DNA of 55,248 bases, counting the filler, from Sphacelaria rigidula (taxonomy: Eukaryota): assembly GCA_964200075.2 (NCBI GenBank). It is 2 parts of 2 records of this genome, joined end to end, with 100 filler letters (N's around TTAATTAATTAA, not from the genome) between each part and the next. Parts side by side here need not be neighbours in the genome. Positions count along the whole stretch, not along the records: positions 1 to 27,583 come from CAXNAA020000115.1; 1 more part is not named here. The stretch is one strand, 5' to 3'. The position numbers and the translations under genes were made by a program. Below are positions 13,064 through 24,429 of this stretch, in pieces. Each line of letters begins with the position of its first letter. The first letter of the stretch is position 1. The notes under the pieces were generated by a model, which was not told the origin of the DNA, searched no databases, and was given only the letters and a program-made list of their open reading frames with translations.

Positions 13064-16000
13064 TACATGTCTTTGAAGGACGCCGTGGCGACACTGGTTG
13101 ACGGCAAAATCAGACACGAGTACGATCGACATAAGGTGCGATTTTTCTGACATCGCCGAACAGCCGAACGGGCCGAGCGGGTGCTGCCCCCCAAGAGCGA
13201 ACATGCACCCTACTTCTGGAAAACATTCGAGTAATCATCGGCGTATGAATTCAGCACCGTTTTTTTCAGCGACTGTGAGCGCGAGAGCGCGTGTGACACA
13301 TCGTACCTGAGGCACCGCACCTGATGTCACTGACCCCCCGCTGATGAAATGTTTCGACGGCGTTTTTTCGAAAACTGTGCGGATCACACGCCGCGCCCAT
13401 AACTTGCGCAGTTTGAAATATGTTCTCAAAGTAGTGGACCTATTCGAACAGTGAAAAGGTCGTTTCTGGCGAGGATGAGAGTTTTTGTTTTCCCTTCACT
13501 TGTCGAGGATGCTGTAGTTCGCCGCGTACACGTGCCGCGATCTGCATTTGATGTTTGCAGCAGAGGTTGATCCCCCGATGTTGGGTATTTGAAATACCGG
13601 TATGTTTGGCTGAGATAGCAAAAACAATCTCCCATGTATACTTTTTTCATGTCTTGCGCTCTTTCTCTGCTGTGTACAGCTTGTCTCGTCCCGTCGTGCT
13701 ATAAATAGCGCAGATGGCCACCAACATTCAACATCCACCGTAAAGGAAGCTGTTTCCCGCCTTTACACGCCTTTTTTTTTGCGACAGGCTACCCGCACGC
13801 CCAACTCAGCGGGCATCCATTGGCAGAAGCCCGGGCTAAGGACTGGAGAGTCGCACGATAACCTCCGCGGTCTCTTGAAGCAAGCAGCCAGTGCGGTATG
13901 GTTAGCGCTCTCGTTGGGCTCACGACCCCGCTGTTTTACACTCACCTGCAGCGTACCGCAAACTGTTATGCGCATGACGTATGGGAACGTATGGGGCACT
14001 CGCTGTAGAGGTTGGTACCGACCGAGCTGTACCGGCGAGTAATCCATACGGTCCCCCCCCCCCTTTTTGTTTTCAATATCCGGTATTTTTTCGAGTACCG
14101 GCGGGTTTCCCTCAGTGTCAACCGTGTATCAAATACCGGATGCTTTCCGGTTTACCCCCGTTTCTTCTCCGGTACTACAACACCGGGGTACGTCCCAGTG
14201 TTGCAGGTGACATGAAATTTGGCCGTTTCCGTGCTGGTTCTGTACCGTGTTCATACTGTTTCCATCCAAGTGAGTCTTATCCGTTTCACTTCTTCTTCGT
14301 TCATTTTTCTTGTGCTGGTTTTCTGCTGTACTTTGAATTATTTTAATTGTCATTTTAATTGTTAACTATTTCTACTACTACTGCTGCTGCTACTACTAGT
14401 ACTACTACTGCTGAATTCCGTTGTACTGGCCGCAGCACATGGCTGACACAACGGTGACTCACATTCTGTCCGATGAGGGTCGCTGGCACCCCGAACGTAC
14501 AGTGCAGGCATCATCGGCGGGTACCCGCTACCCGATATACCGGGTACTTTCCCGGTGTATGCCCAGGATTTTGATACCGGGTAGTACCGGCAAGGACCCG
14601 TAGGTACTACCGGGTTCTTTTATTTTAATGTAACGTCTTCACATTCCAGTACCCGTTGTTATTCGTGCCATACGGTACCAGCCTCTAACCCAGTGTGCGT
14701 AAAAAATGAATTTCAATCAGCCGATGACAATGCCCAACATCTACCTCACTAATCCGCACATTTTCCGCGTCACCCGCTGCATGCTGACTGAAAAAACGCA
14801 ACAATTCCGAGCAGCACGCCGTGACCGAGTTCGACGACCTAGACCGCAGACTAGTAGAGTTGCAAGATAACCTCAAGGCCGTGCGCCTCGCCCTGGTGAA
14901 TGAGGTTCGAGCGGTGCGCGTCTCCAAATGGGGCGAAGAATATCAGGAGTTCAGTTTTAAGCGCGGAGGCGGCGGGTGTGGAGGTGGCGGTGGTACTGAC
15001 CTGAGACTCGGTCCGCCGTGTGGCGATTCTCTTGAACATTGCCGCTGCTCTCAAGAGTCGCCGCCGGGGCCTGTAGAGAAGGGTAGCCTTGGGACGACCG
15101 TAGCGGCGGCCGCAGAGGCAGCAGCAGCGGCGGCGGCTGCTATTTCGGAGAATGAAGAGGACATAGTAGTGCGTCGGGTGAGACAGAAGGGGAAAGGGTA
15201 CGGTGTTGCGACAACCGGGCTGGGAGCGGCTCGCACCACCGGTAGTAGGCCTCGTGTTTTGGATGATGACGATGCTGGACAGGCTGCAGAAAAGCGACGG
15301 GACATCGTAGGCGCGGCCGCCGAGCATGAAGGGAGAAGAGTCGCCAGGGGCGGTGGTAACGATACGGGACAGAGGTTCGCCAACGCTGGTCACATCAGCC
15401 GATCCACTGCAAGAGGGGGGACTCGCGGTGGGCGATTCTCCGGCGGGAATAGCAGCAGCACAGATCCTGGAGATGGGTTGGGGAATGGTAGCCTTGATGA
15501 AATCAAGCGCCAAATGGGCAAGAACCCTCTGGATCTTGAGCGGAAAAGGAAAGCTCTCGATGCGGAAATGTTAGAAGGAGAATCGGCTGGAAAGGGTGGA
15601 TTAAGGAGATCAGGATCAGGACGGCGGTACGGTGATATCGCATTGGATGATGCAGCCGGAGGCAGCGACGTAGACAGGGGTATTTCCTCAGTACTTGTCT
15701 CCAGGGACAAGCAGAGCATGCACGCCACAACTGGCCTCAAAGCTGCCGACAATGGTGGGCAGGACAAGCACATCGTTGGAGATACCGAAGTAAGGCGCTC
15801 ATGCTGTCGTCTGTGTGTTTGTGTTTTTCCAACAACCTCCCGGCACGACTGCGTGAACCCGGACCGTGAACTCGGAGTTTTGTTTCTTCAGCGTGGGCTG
15901 TGCGGTTCTTCTAGGCAATTTATTCGTCGTGTGCAGCGATTAAGACGAAATGTAGCACTTACATGCAAGTTTACAAGATTTTGAGCTCGAGTCAGCGACG

Positions 16001-19000
16001 CTCGTTCAACTAGTGTAGCGTCTATTTATTTTCTTTGTGCCATGCAGCAGGAGAAAAACGGCGAAGACGGCGCCGAGAGCACCGAAGGCTGGAAGGATGA
16101 ATTGATGGGTATGCAGCCGCACGAGAGGGCGGAGGTGTACGAAAGCAAAGGCATGTACCGGGAGGCATTGCGGTGGCATCGCCAAGATCTTGCTGCAGCC
16201 CGTGAGCGCGTGCAGGATGGAGAAGAGGAGGACGATCGAACCGCCGGCTTGGACCTGGCGCGGGCCCTGCGGAACACCGGGCGGTGCTTAGGCAAGCTTG
16301 ACATGGAGGGGTTTGCTGAGGTGTGCATTCGTGGGGTGTTTCAAACGTTGTGCAGCATCTTGTGTGGTTTTATGCGCAAGCCGCTCAGGAGTGTGGATAG
16401 GAGCGTTTCATGCACTACACAGCACTCTCGTCTATTTCGAAGAAAATCCACATTTAGTTCATGCGTAGAGCAAGCGTTACCAGTGATCTACATGTGTGAA
16501 GCGCATTTTTTTGTGCTGTTACTTTGGAACGACAGCCAAATGCTTTCCCGGGCGTGGAACAAATGAGACGTGCAGCTCTCCATATACCGAGAATGATGAT
16601 GCGTTTATCACATCGTGTAAAATCATTGCATGGATTTTTTCACAAATACGACAAAACAGGGCAAGTGCTGGCTGTTCCAGGTGTGTGACCTGAAACGTGC
16701 CATGTTTCTATACATCAGTTCATGTTCTGCCGATTATTTGGAAAGTTGTGCCGAACTCCGACCACACCGAAACGTGTGCTAAACGTTGTTTTAAGTTAGA
16801 ATATCATACCTGACAAGGAGCCGAAAAATTGTTCTGAAATCCACAGGACATGTGACAACGTCTGGGCAACGTGTTCTGTGCGGACGCACATCTTTTACGT
16901 GCATTCGACACTTGCGTCCTGAAGCGAGCATATGTTGAACCTCTAATTGAGCCGAACGTGAAAGTTCTGTTGAAGATTCGAAGCGCGCGCGTCTTCCCCG
17001 ATCTCCCCCCTGCCTCAAGCTATCGTCCCATAGTACCACCAGTAATCGGACAGCCGTATATACAGGACATGCGCACGCGCTTGCGGCTTTTCATTTATCG
17101 AGTGTACGGCAAAATGCGACGCAAACAGGGACCCGCGCGCGATAGTTGGGTACACAGTACCATTGGGATTGGCCACGGGTGCGAAATATAGCTGCTCAGC
17201 AGAGTTCGTGGTGCGCATCAACGGGTCTATGGCATGGACTTTTTAACCTTCCTGCTGACCTCCTTTTTTTACTATGCTCCGCACAACCAAGTGTTGCCGT
17301 GAACCTACGGCGGCTCTGATGGGCTGAGGTGCATCTGTCGAAACCGCACGAGCTGTGTCGCCCGAATGGACCACTTCCACCCTGATTTGAAACCGAATCC
17401 CCAACCCGAACAGGCCAAGGCGCACTTATCGGAGGCTCGAGAGCTGGTCGGTCCAGATGGGCCGTCGCCTTCCCCCGCTGAGGAGCAAGACATTGTTCTG
17501 GAATTAGGGACTCTGTGGTACATCCGGCATGCGTTATGCAGCTCCAAGGTAGATGTCTGTCATTTTTTGGCTCTCCTCCCACACATCCTGGTGTGGAGCC
17601 CTTGGTATAAGTCTGATTTTGCCGTTGTTGGCGTTGTCATGATTCCATGATTTCATATTCTTGCTCTGAGACATCGCTCCTCGCGGTGGTTCCGGTGCCT
17701 CGTCAGTGATACCCGTCGGCACTTTTCCCCATCCGCGATTCTCATCGCGGGGGAAGAAGTCTTGTGGCACTGTCTCGCCATCTGATTTGAGAGTGCACTC
17801 CGATTTGATCTCGAAGGGCTTCGCCGAAACACACACACGCGCGCGCGTGTTATACCCACCCCCGAGGGAAAGGAAAGCTCGTGTGCTGCTTTCGTTTTAG
17901 TCAAGAGACCGACTTGTTTCATTTCTGCCGAGTGCACGCGTGGCTCGTGGCAATCAGAGTATGACCTACCGAAAAGGGTGGTCATGGACCGTGGCATCTT
18001 GAGAGATGAAGGAAGAGAGAGAGATGTCAGTCTTGCGTTGCCTCACTCGCTACGGTGCTGTACTGTCACTGGCGGATGAACCACTCTGGGAATATCGAAA
18101 TGACACATCACAAACGCAACGCGTGTAATTTAGTCCCGTCTTCACTGCCATTTGCACCCGCTACGTTCAATCGACCGAGCAAGCGGTGCCGCTATTCGCT
18201 TTCCCCACGTGCTCGTTCAGGGGGTCCGCTTCATGGCAGACGAGGCACTCCAAGAGGCAGTCCGATTTTACCGGGAGTGCAGAGAGTTGTGCGTAGATCT
18301 TTTGGCGGACGTTGAAGACGAAAAAGGGGACGCGTTCTTTCAGCGTCAATCACACGGTGACGTCGCTGCCGCCGCGAAGGCGATTTCCGAATCCAGGAGT
18401 GTTCTCCTCCGGGCGGAGTTCAACCTGGGTATGGCCTTAGTAGACCAGAAGAACCACGGTGACGCCGTCCCACACTTGCTTGCGGTTCAGGAAGGCTTTC
18501 GCGAGCTTGCAAAGACAAGTCCGATGTTATCCTCACCCGCAGGAAGTGTGGACGATCCGACACAGACTGGTGACGGTGCGTCAGACTTGAAATCGCTCTA
18601 TGCATCGTCTTTGGCGCTACTCGGCGACTGCTACGCCAGTTCTTCCGCCGCTTCCATGCCCCTGTCTGCCATACTGCAAGCCGATAATCAAGGCTACGGG
18701 CGGGAGGGTCGCAAGCCGGGGAACGACACTGCCGCCACCTCTAAAGCCCCGATGCCGCTCGGGGCACAGAGCGGACCCACGCCTGCTCGTTTGAGTGCCG
18801 CCATCGAAGCGCTTGAAAAGGCTGCGTACACTTTCCTAGAAATCCGAGACGCCGGGGGCGCACTAGATGTTCTGGACAGACTCGTCAAAATTCTCCGCCT
18901 CCTCGGCCACAGCCGCGGAGGCGCGTGTTATGTATCGCGAGCGGAGACTCTGTGTGACCGAGCTTCCCACGCGCTATCGCTGTTGAGAAGCCGTGAGCGA

Positions 19001-22000
19001 GCAGGAAGTGGGGGCAGTGAAGAAGAGGATGCGAACAATGCGGAGCACGAATCTGCCGAGGCGGGCTTGGACCTCAAACAGGACCTCCAGCAAATCCGAG
19101 ATGATCTCTTCAACCTCCGCGAGCGCTGGTACGATGGTGGCAGCGGTGATGGCTGCAGCAACGGGGGCCCTGGGCATCGTGCTGTTGACGAAAACAGAAG
19201 TGTTCGGCGATCGGTCGTCCGGCGAATGGATTCCATCGAGCAGGGGAATAGCGAAAGTAGCGCCGCTGGTGTGGGCAGAGCACGCGAGGAAGCTGGTGCA
19301 ATGTCGAGATCCCATGAATTCCAACCTCCTAGCGGTGGCGGTACTCGCACCAGCACTGGTGCAGACCCTGGCTGCCAGCAGCTCGGGAGGATCGGCCCCG
19401 CCCTTTCGGCTCCAGCGTTCGCACGCCGACGGCGCGCACGCACGAAGGATGGGATGCTACCGGTTTCGCTCGGCCGCACGACGGGCAGTCGCGGCAGGGC
19501 CCACGGGGGCGGGAGAGGAACACCTGTCGATGCGCGCCAGGTGAGCGTCAGGAACGATTCACGCGGGCAAATTATGAGAGGTGACGTCTTGGCGTCTGAA
19601 ATAGAGCGGGGAGGAAAGCAGTTGGGCCATGACAACGCCAAGTCTGGTTCTACCGGCACGACGGGCGAATGCGGTGACACATTTGTGCAGTTGAGGGCGG
19701 CGTTGGCGGCGGCGGTAGACGAATCGGCTCAGGCCAGGAAGCACATGGCAGAAGGAAGAGGTGTGCTCTCTGCGTACAAAGAGACGGTGAGCACAGCAGC
19801 TGATACCAAGCGGGGAAATGATTGATGCCCAGAGCGATCGTGATTATTTCGCCAAACGTATCACTCCCATGCTACCTACTTCGTCTTCGTCGGCGTATTG
19901 CAGCCTGCTTGGTACATCGCGTTCATATGGTTGTTTCGCTTGGCCTTCAAAATATTTTCTCATCCACCGCTAGCATATGTCTCTGACATCGCGCACCCAT
20001 CATGCACAGTACGGGAATAGCTTGCTCCCATTGTGTCACTCACGCATGTCACCACAGCCACGCGTCTGCCCCGATCGTGTCTATCCGACCTCACCTCCGT
20101 CACCCCCCCCGCATGCTCATCCACCCCTACAGTGCGAGTTCTTGCAGGTACCCCCAAACTCACTGCTGCTGGCTCGCCTACTAGCAGCCAGCCACCGGCA
20201 CCGAGCGCCTCTCTGTCATGGTGGAAGCGACGATGCCGTCACGAGCGGCGGACACAGAGTCGACGGTCGACCTGGCGGTCGTGCCGGCGTCTCGACCCTA
20301 GATCTCAGGTCCTGCCGCCTCTCCGACCGCGAGCTGCAGGTGCTTGCGCATGTCATCTCTAAGGACTACGGCGAAGCAGCAGTGGTAGGAGTTGATCGGT
20401 CCTCGATGTTGGCAATGCGCGAGCGCGATCCGGCGATGTTCGACAGTCTTTTGTTGGGTGGAAACCCTGGCATAGGCATCGGCGGACTGACCGCGCTGTC
20501 GGGGTTTGGCGGCGGAAACAGCGACGCAGGCACCGGCGCTGGCGCCGGCAGCTCCCTCGCCAGCGAGAATTTCATGACGACTAATCTCCTATTCCGATGG
20601 TTGGTTCGCTTGGACCTGTCAAGGTGTGGCCTGACCGCGGCTGACTTGGCCGGCCTAGCTGCCCCACAAGCCCCGCCAAGTGCGCACCGTGTAACCGACG
20701 ATGTCGATGTTGACTTGGCCGTAGTAGCCAGCCACGGCAACGCCGGATCTTTCGAAAGGTGTGCCCTCCGGGTGCTGAAGTTGGGCGACAATCCGTTAAC
20801 GAGAGTTGGCGCGCGTGCCGGACCAGGGCGGGGACGGGGTGTGTCTGATGCGGTTGAGCGGGCAGCAGAGCATGGGCTAGCTGCGCTCCAGGACTTGATA
20901 GTTCGAGCGCCTTCGCTAGAGCTTTTGGACCTTTCAGGTGTACGTCGTGTAGCCGTTGCCATTTGGTTGTTTGATGCGGTTGTCGACAATTTTGACTGAG
21001 GAGCTTCCTCAACGATCAGTGACGTCGCACTTCGTTTTTTGTTTTTGTTCGGGCTCGCCTTCACAGAGTACCATGTATAAAACGCAACCGCGACTTTGAT
21101 TGTAGATCTTTCCCCGTCATTGTTTTTATGCCTACATACGCGCTTCACATACGTTCATCTTGATATTGGTATCGAAAAATGTGCTGATGCCGCGTGTTTG
21201 GGCGCACACGAAGGGGAAGAAATGATCTTCAATGGTCGAAATAACCCGAAGAAATTTTGTTTGGAAGGTTTCCCGCGCGACTTTTTTTTTTCATGTGAGA
21301 AACATCTACCTTTGCTAGTGCTCCATGAATTTTCCACCGTAGACAATGTCGCCCCCCTGCGTTGAGAACGTGTTGCATTGCACTCTCATGTACACAGCCC
21401 AAGTCCATGCTCTCTTTTCTACTACATGTACGCGGGTGATCTACTGATCTGTTCACGTAAGACGGAAAGGAAACCATCGTGATGGGCCCGCACAACACGC
21501 TGACACACGTATTCCCAGGCTGCAGTCAACTTCCGGACGGACCGTCAGCTTGCCTGTACAGCGCACGGGTCTCCGCATTTTTAGCATCATCGCTTGCTTC
21601 TGGTCTTGAGGGTAGACTTGCTGACAAAGCCAAGGCTGTTAGCAATGGCGATGACTACAGCGGTGGGGGTAGATCGAACCAGGTGAAAAGATGCGTATCG
21701 TGTGTGAAATTGTGCCTGCTTTTTTTTGCCACATTTGAGGTTTCTGGCTCACACGCCGGTAACCATGTGTACCACATCAACTCAGGAAAAAAAATCGCGC
21801 TTTTGCACACACATCGTGCAGGTGTCCACACTCCGACTTGGCCGCAATGTATTTTCCCAACCTTCGTGGGAGCGCGTGCTGTTGCCCCTGTCGACGCATC
21901 CACCGCGCGAGCTGCACTTGAATCGTGCGTCGGTGTTGTTCGCCTCGCCCACTGCCCCCGCCACAACCTTACGGCCAAATGGCGGACATAACCCGGAAGG

Positions 22001-23513
22001 ACCCGGTGTTGCTCCAACAGGGCCGTCCAGTGGCAGGGGTGGTTCCGAATCCTCCACCACCACAGTGGCGACAACCTTGGCGGTTCGACGGTCTTTCACC
22101 GCCGATGACAAGAACGTCGATGATTGTGGTGGTGATGGTGTTGGGCGGATGTTGGCTGATCTTCTGGCAGCCACCGTTCTTCCGGTAGATGCGGAGGGCG
22201 TGGAAGTATTGAACCTCACCGGATCCACGGGGGTGCTTCTTCCTCCAATGCATGGCACCGATACTATGAATGGAACCGCCGAGGGTTATCGAGCGCAGGG
22301 GCGACAAAATTCGTCGCCGTCAAATGTTGGGCTTGGTGAGACTTCGGGGGTCGAGCAGGAACGGGCCGGAAGCGATGGGCGAACATCTCCCCGTTCCGAT
22401 TTTGTATTCTCCAGTGTTTTCAGAGACGCTTTGATGTCCCCGCTGTGTCGGACTACACACCTTGCACTCTCCACCGCTCGAGGTCGTTACCGACCGGGCC
22501 CGGAACAACAAAACGGTCCACCGGTACGGGAAGGTACAATCACGACGGAAAATAAACTAGAAAGTGTCTCGCACGGCCCTTACTACTATATCGGTCCCAA
22601 GGACGTCCTGGGCTTATGCGAAGCCGCCTCGGCCTGCTCGTCTCTCCGCTACCTCGACCTCGCGGGATCCGATCTATCCGGTTCGGCCGGGGCCACCGCG
22701 GCAGCCGTGGCGGTGTCGTGCTTGCTCCGCTCCACGGATATTCACGGCGTTTATGACAGCTTGCACGATGTCGGTGACTTTGGTCAGCGCGTGGCAGGCG
22801 GTATGGGCTTGCAAGACGTACAATTAGGCGACAATATTGTGTCAGTTAGCTGTGGAGGTGGATTGCCCAGGCCGCTGACGCGCCTGAGTCTCCGGGCATG
22901 TCGGCTCGGAGCGGCGGGGTTGTCCGCTGTCCTTGGCGCCGTTACAGCCGGTGTTGTTGGAAAAGATGCCGCGGACCAGAATCGTCCAAACTGTGCCAGT
23001 GATACGGAAGCGAGAAAATGGGGAACTACCGGTTCGAATGTGAATCTCCGCGGCGGCGTTCAATCGCCATTTGGGCAAGGAGGTGGAGAGGAGTCGCGAA
23101 GGCACGGAAGAGATGGCAGGGGCGGCCGTCAGCGACGCCATCAGGCTCTGACCATGCTGCCGCGTCTACTGGATCTTGCCGATAACCGACCACCTCGAGT
23201 TTCCACGGCTGGCGGTCTCGATGTGCGCGGAAACAGACGGGGAGATCGTGGTGGGGGACAGACAGGGAGAGAGGGGATGGGAGAGGAAGACGCGTCTCTT
23301 GTGAGGTGGCAGGCAGCAGGGAACGACGAGCGTGACGCCGTCGCTGAGATAGCCGCTGCTCTTCGTTTGCTCGAAAATGAGGGCATGGCGATCATGGCTG
23401 CGGTCGATGACTTTGCTGGGAAGAAACCGTCGCTTGAAAGGTGTGCGCACGCGATTCTCGAACACGGTACTAGTGTAGTGGTTCCGATTTTGCCCAGTTC
23501 CGAACGATTGTGA
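13064..23513 (+). CDS. Multi-exon gene for a TONSOKU/TONSL-like TPR + leucine-rich-repeat protein; 5' end not located
   Basis: Phase-consistent GT-AG exons: 13064-13135, 13788-13895, 14815-15789, 16048(or 16051)-16320, 17414-17548, 18221-19786, 20133-20937, 21519-21682, 21822-23513 (TGA). TPR-like helices: AEVYESKGMYREALRWHRQDL, LARALRNTGRCL, EEQDIVLELGTLW, LLRAEFNLGMAL. The spliced junction YKET|CEFLQVPPNSLLLARL resembles the Y..C..L...PN segment that precedes the LRRs in TONSOKU/TONSL. RI-like LRRs: LDLRSCRL, LVRLDLSRCGL, LRVLKLGDNPL, LELLDLSGC, LRYLDLAGSDL, LTRLSLRACRL. Confidence 0.8.
14006..14687. mobile_element. Intronic hAT-like non-autonomous element
   Basis: 15-nt TIRs TAGAGGTTGGTACCG / CGGTACCAGCCTCTA. 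Many subterminal TACCGG/CCGGTA motifs at both ends. The 8-nt flanks ACTCGCTG/ACCCAGTG are only 5/8 identical. Confidence 0.7.
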
Positions 23514-24429
23514 ACGACAAAGTTGCGAGAATCAAATTACATGCGAATTACACGCAAGAGTCGACTATATCTGGGTCAGTATGTGAACGAAGAAGAGAAT
23601 GCGAACAAGGGGGAAGAGGAGAGATTTCATGCCGACTGTCACCTCGATATTTGTACCCAACGTCTCGAGAGTAAAGACGGACGACTTGAGGCTCTGTGGC
23701 CGACCGAGATCCTTCTTGCCCTGCGTGTATTCCAATTATCGGGGACGGTCATGCCCCCGGCGGCACTGCTTTGTCTTGACGAGACGCGAGTTCCATTTAT
23801 GCATGTATGTACACAGTCATCGCAATCGAACCTTCCCTCCGCCTCCCCCCCTTCCGTTTTATTGGGACGGGTCAGCGATTTCAAGGGATCAGGTCAATTT
23901 CTCCACCTGTACGTGCCTGACACATTGATGCCGCGGATTGGGTCAGCACCCCATTTCGTTGCCACTCACGTGCTAGAGTTTTCAACGACGGAAATGAGGT
24001 TCTTCGAAAAAAGGACTCATACAGGCTGGTCCCACTACTGACTCCACAAAGTGTCTCTGGTGTCAATAGGACAATGAGTAGCAAAAAGTATCACAGGTGG
24101 TAGGCATGTTTCCTGCAACCGTGTAGACAGGCTAGAGCGCGCTGGGTGTACTAATCGGCCATCCAGGCACTCCCATGATTTCATATCATCCTGGGACACC
24201 AAGCACGGTCTGGTAGCGGTGCCCATTGTTTGGCGATTTTGTACAAGAATCAAGATATCCGTCAAGGTATCCGAATTTTTGCCCGACTACGCTAAAACTG
24301 GTGGGCGTGTAGCTGATTTCAGGACGAGAACAGTAATACATGTTTGGGCTGATAACTCGTTGCCGTCTGAGAGTTATGGCGAAACAATAGACTCTGGTCA
24401 TTCCTCACATTTTCGTTGTTGGATTTTTT

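Noticed and set aside
13338-13375. CTGATGA...GAAA as a possible hammerhead ribozyme
   Set aside because: The stem II closing pair is mismatched, and no stem I/III with an NUH site can be formed.
14851-23465. Numerous long antisense or alternative-frame ORFs over the TONSL-like exons
   Set aside because: These are the expected shadows of GC-rich, low-complexity coding sequence.
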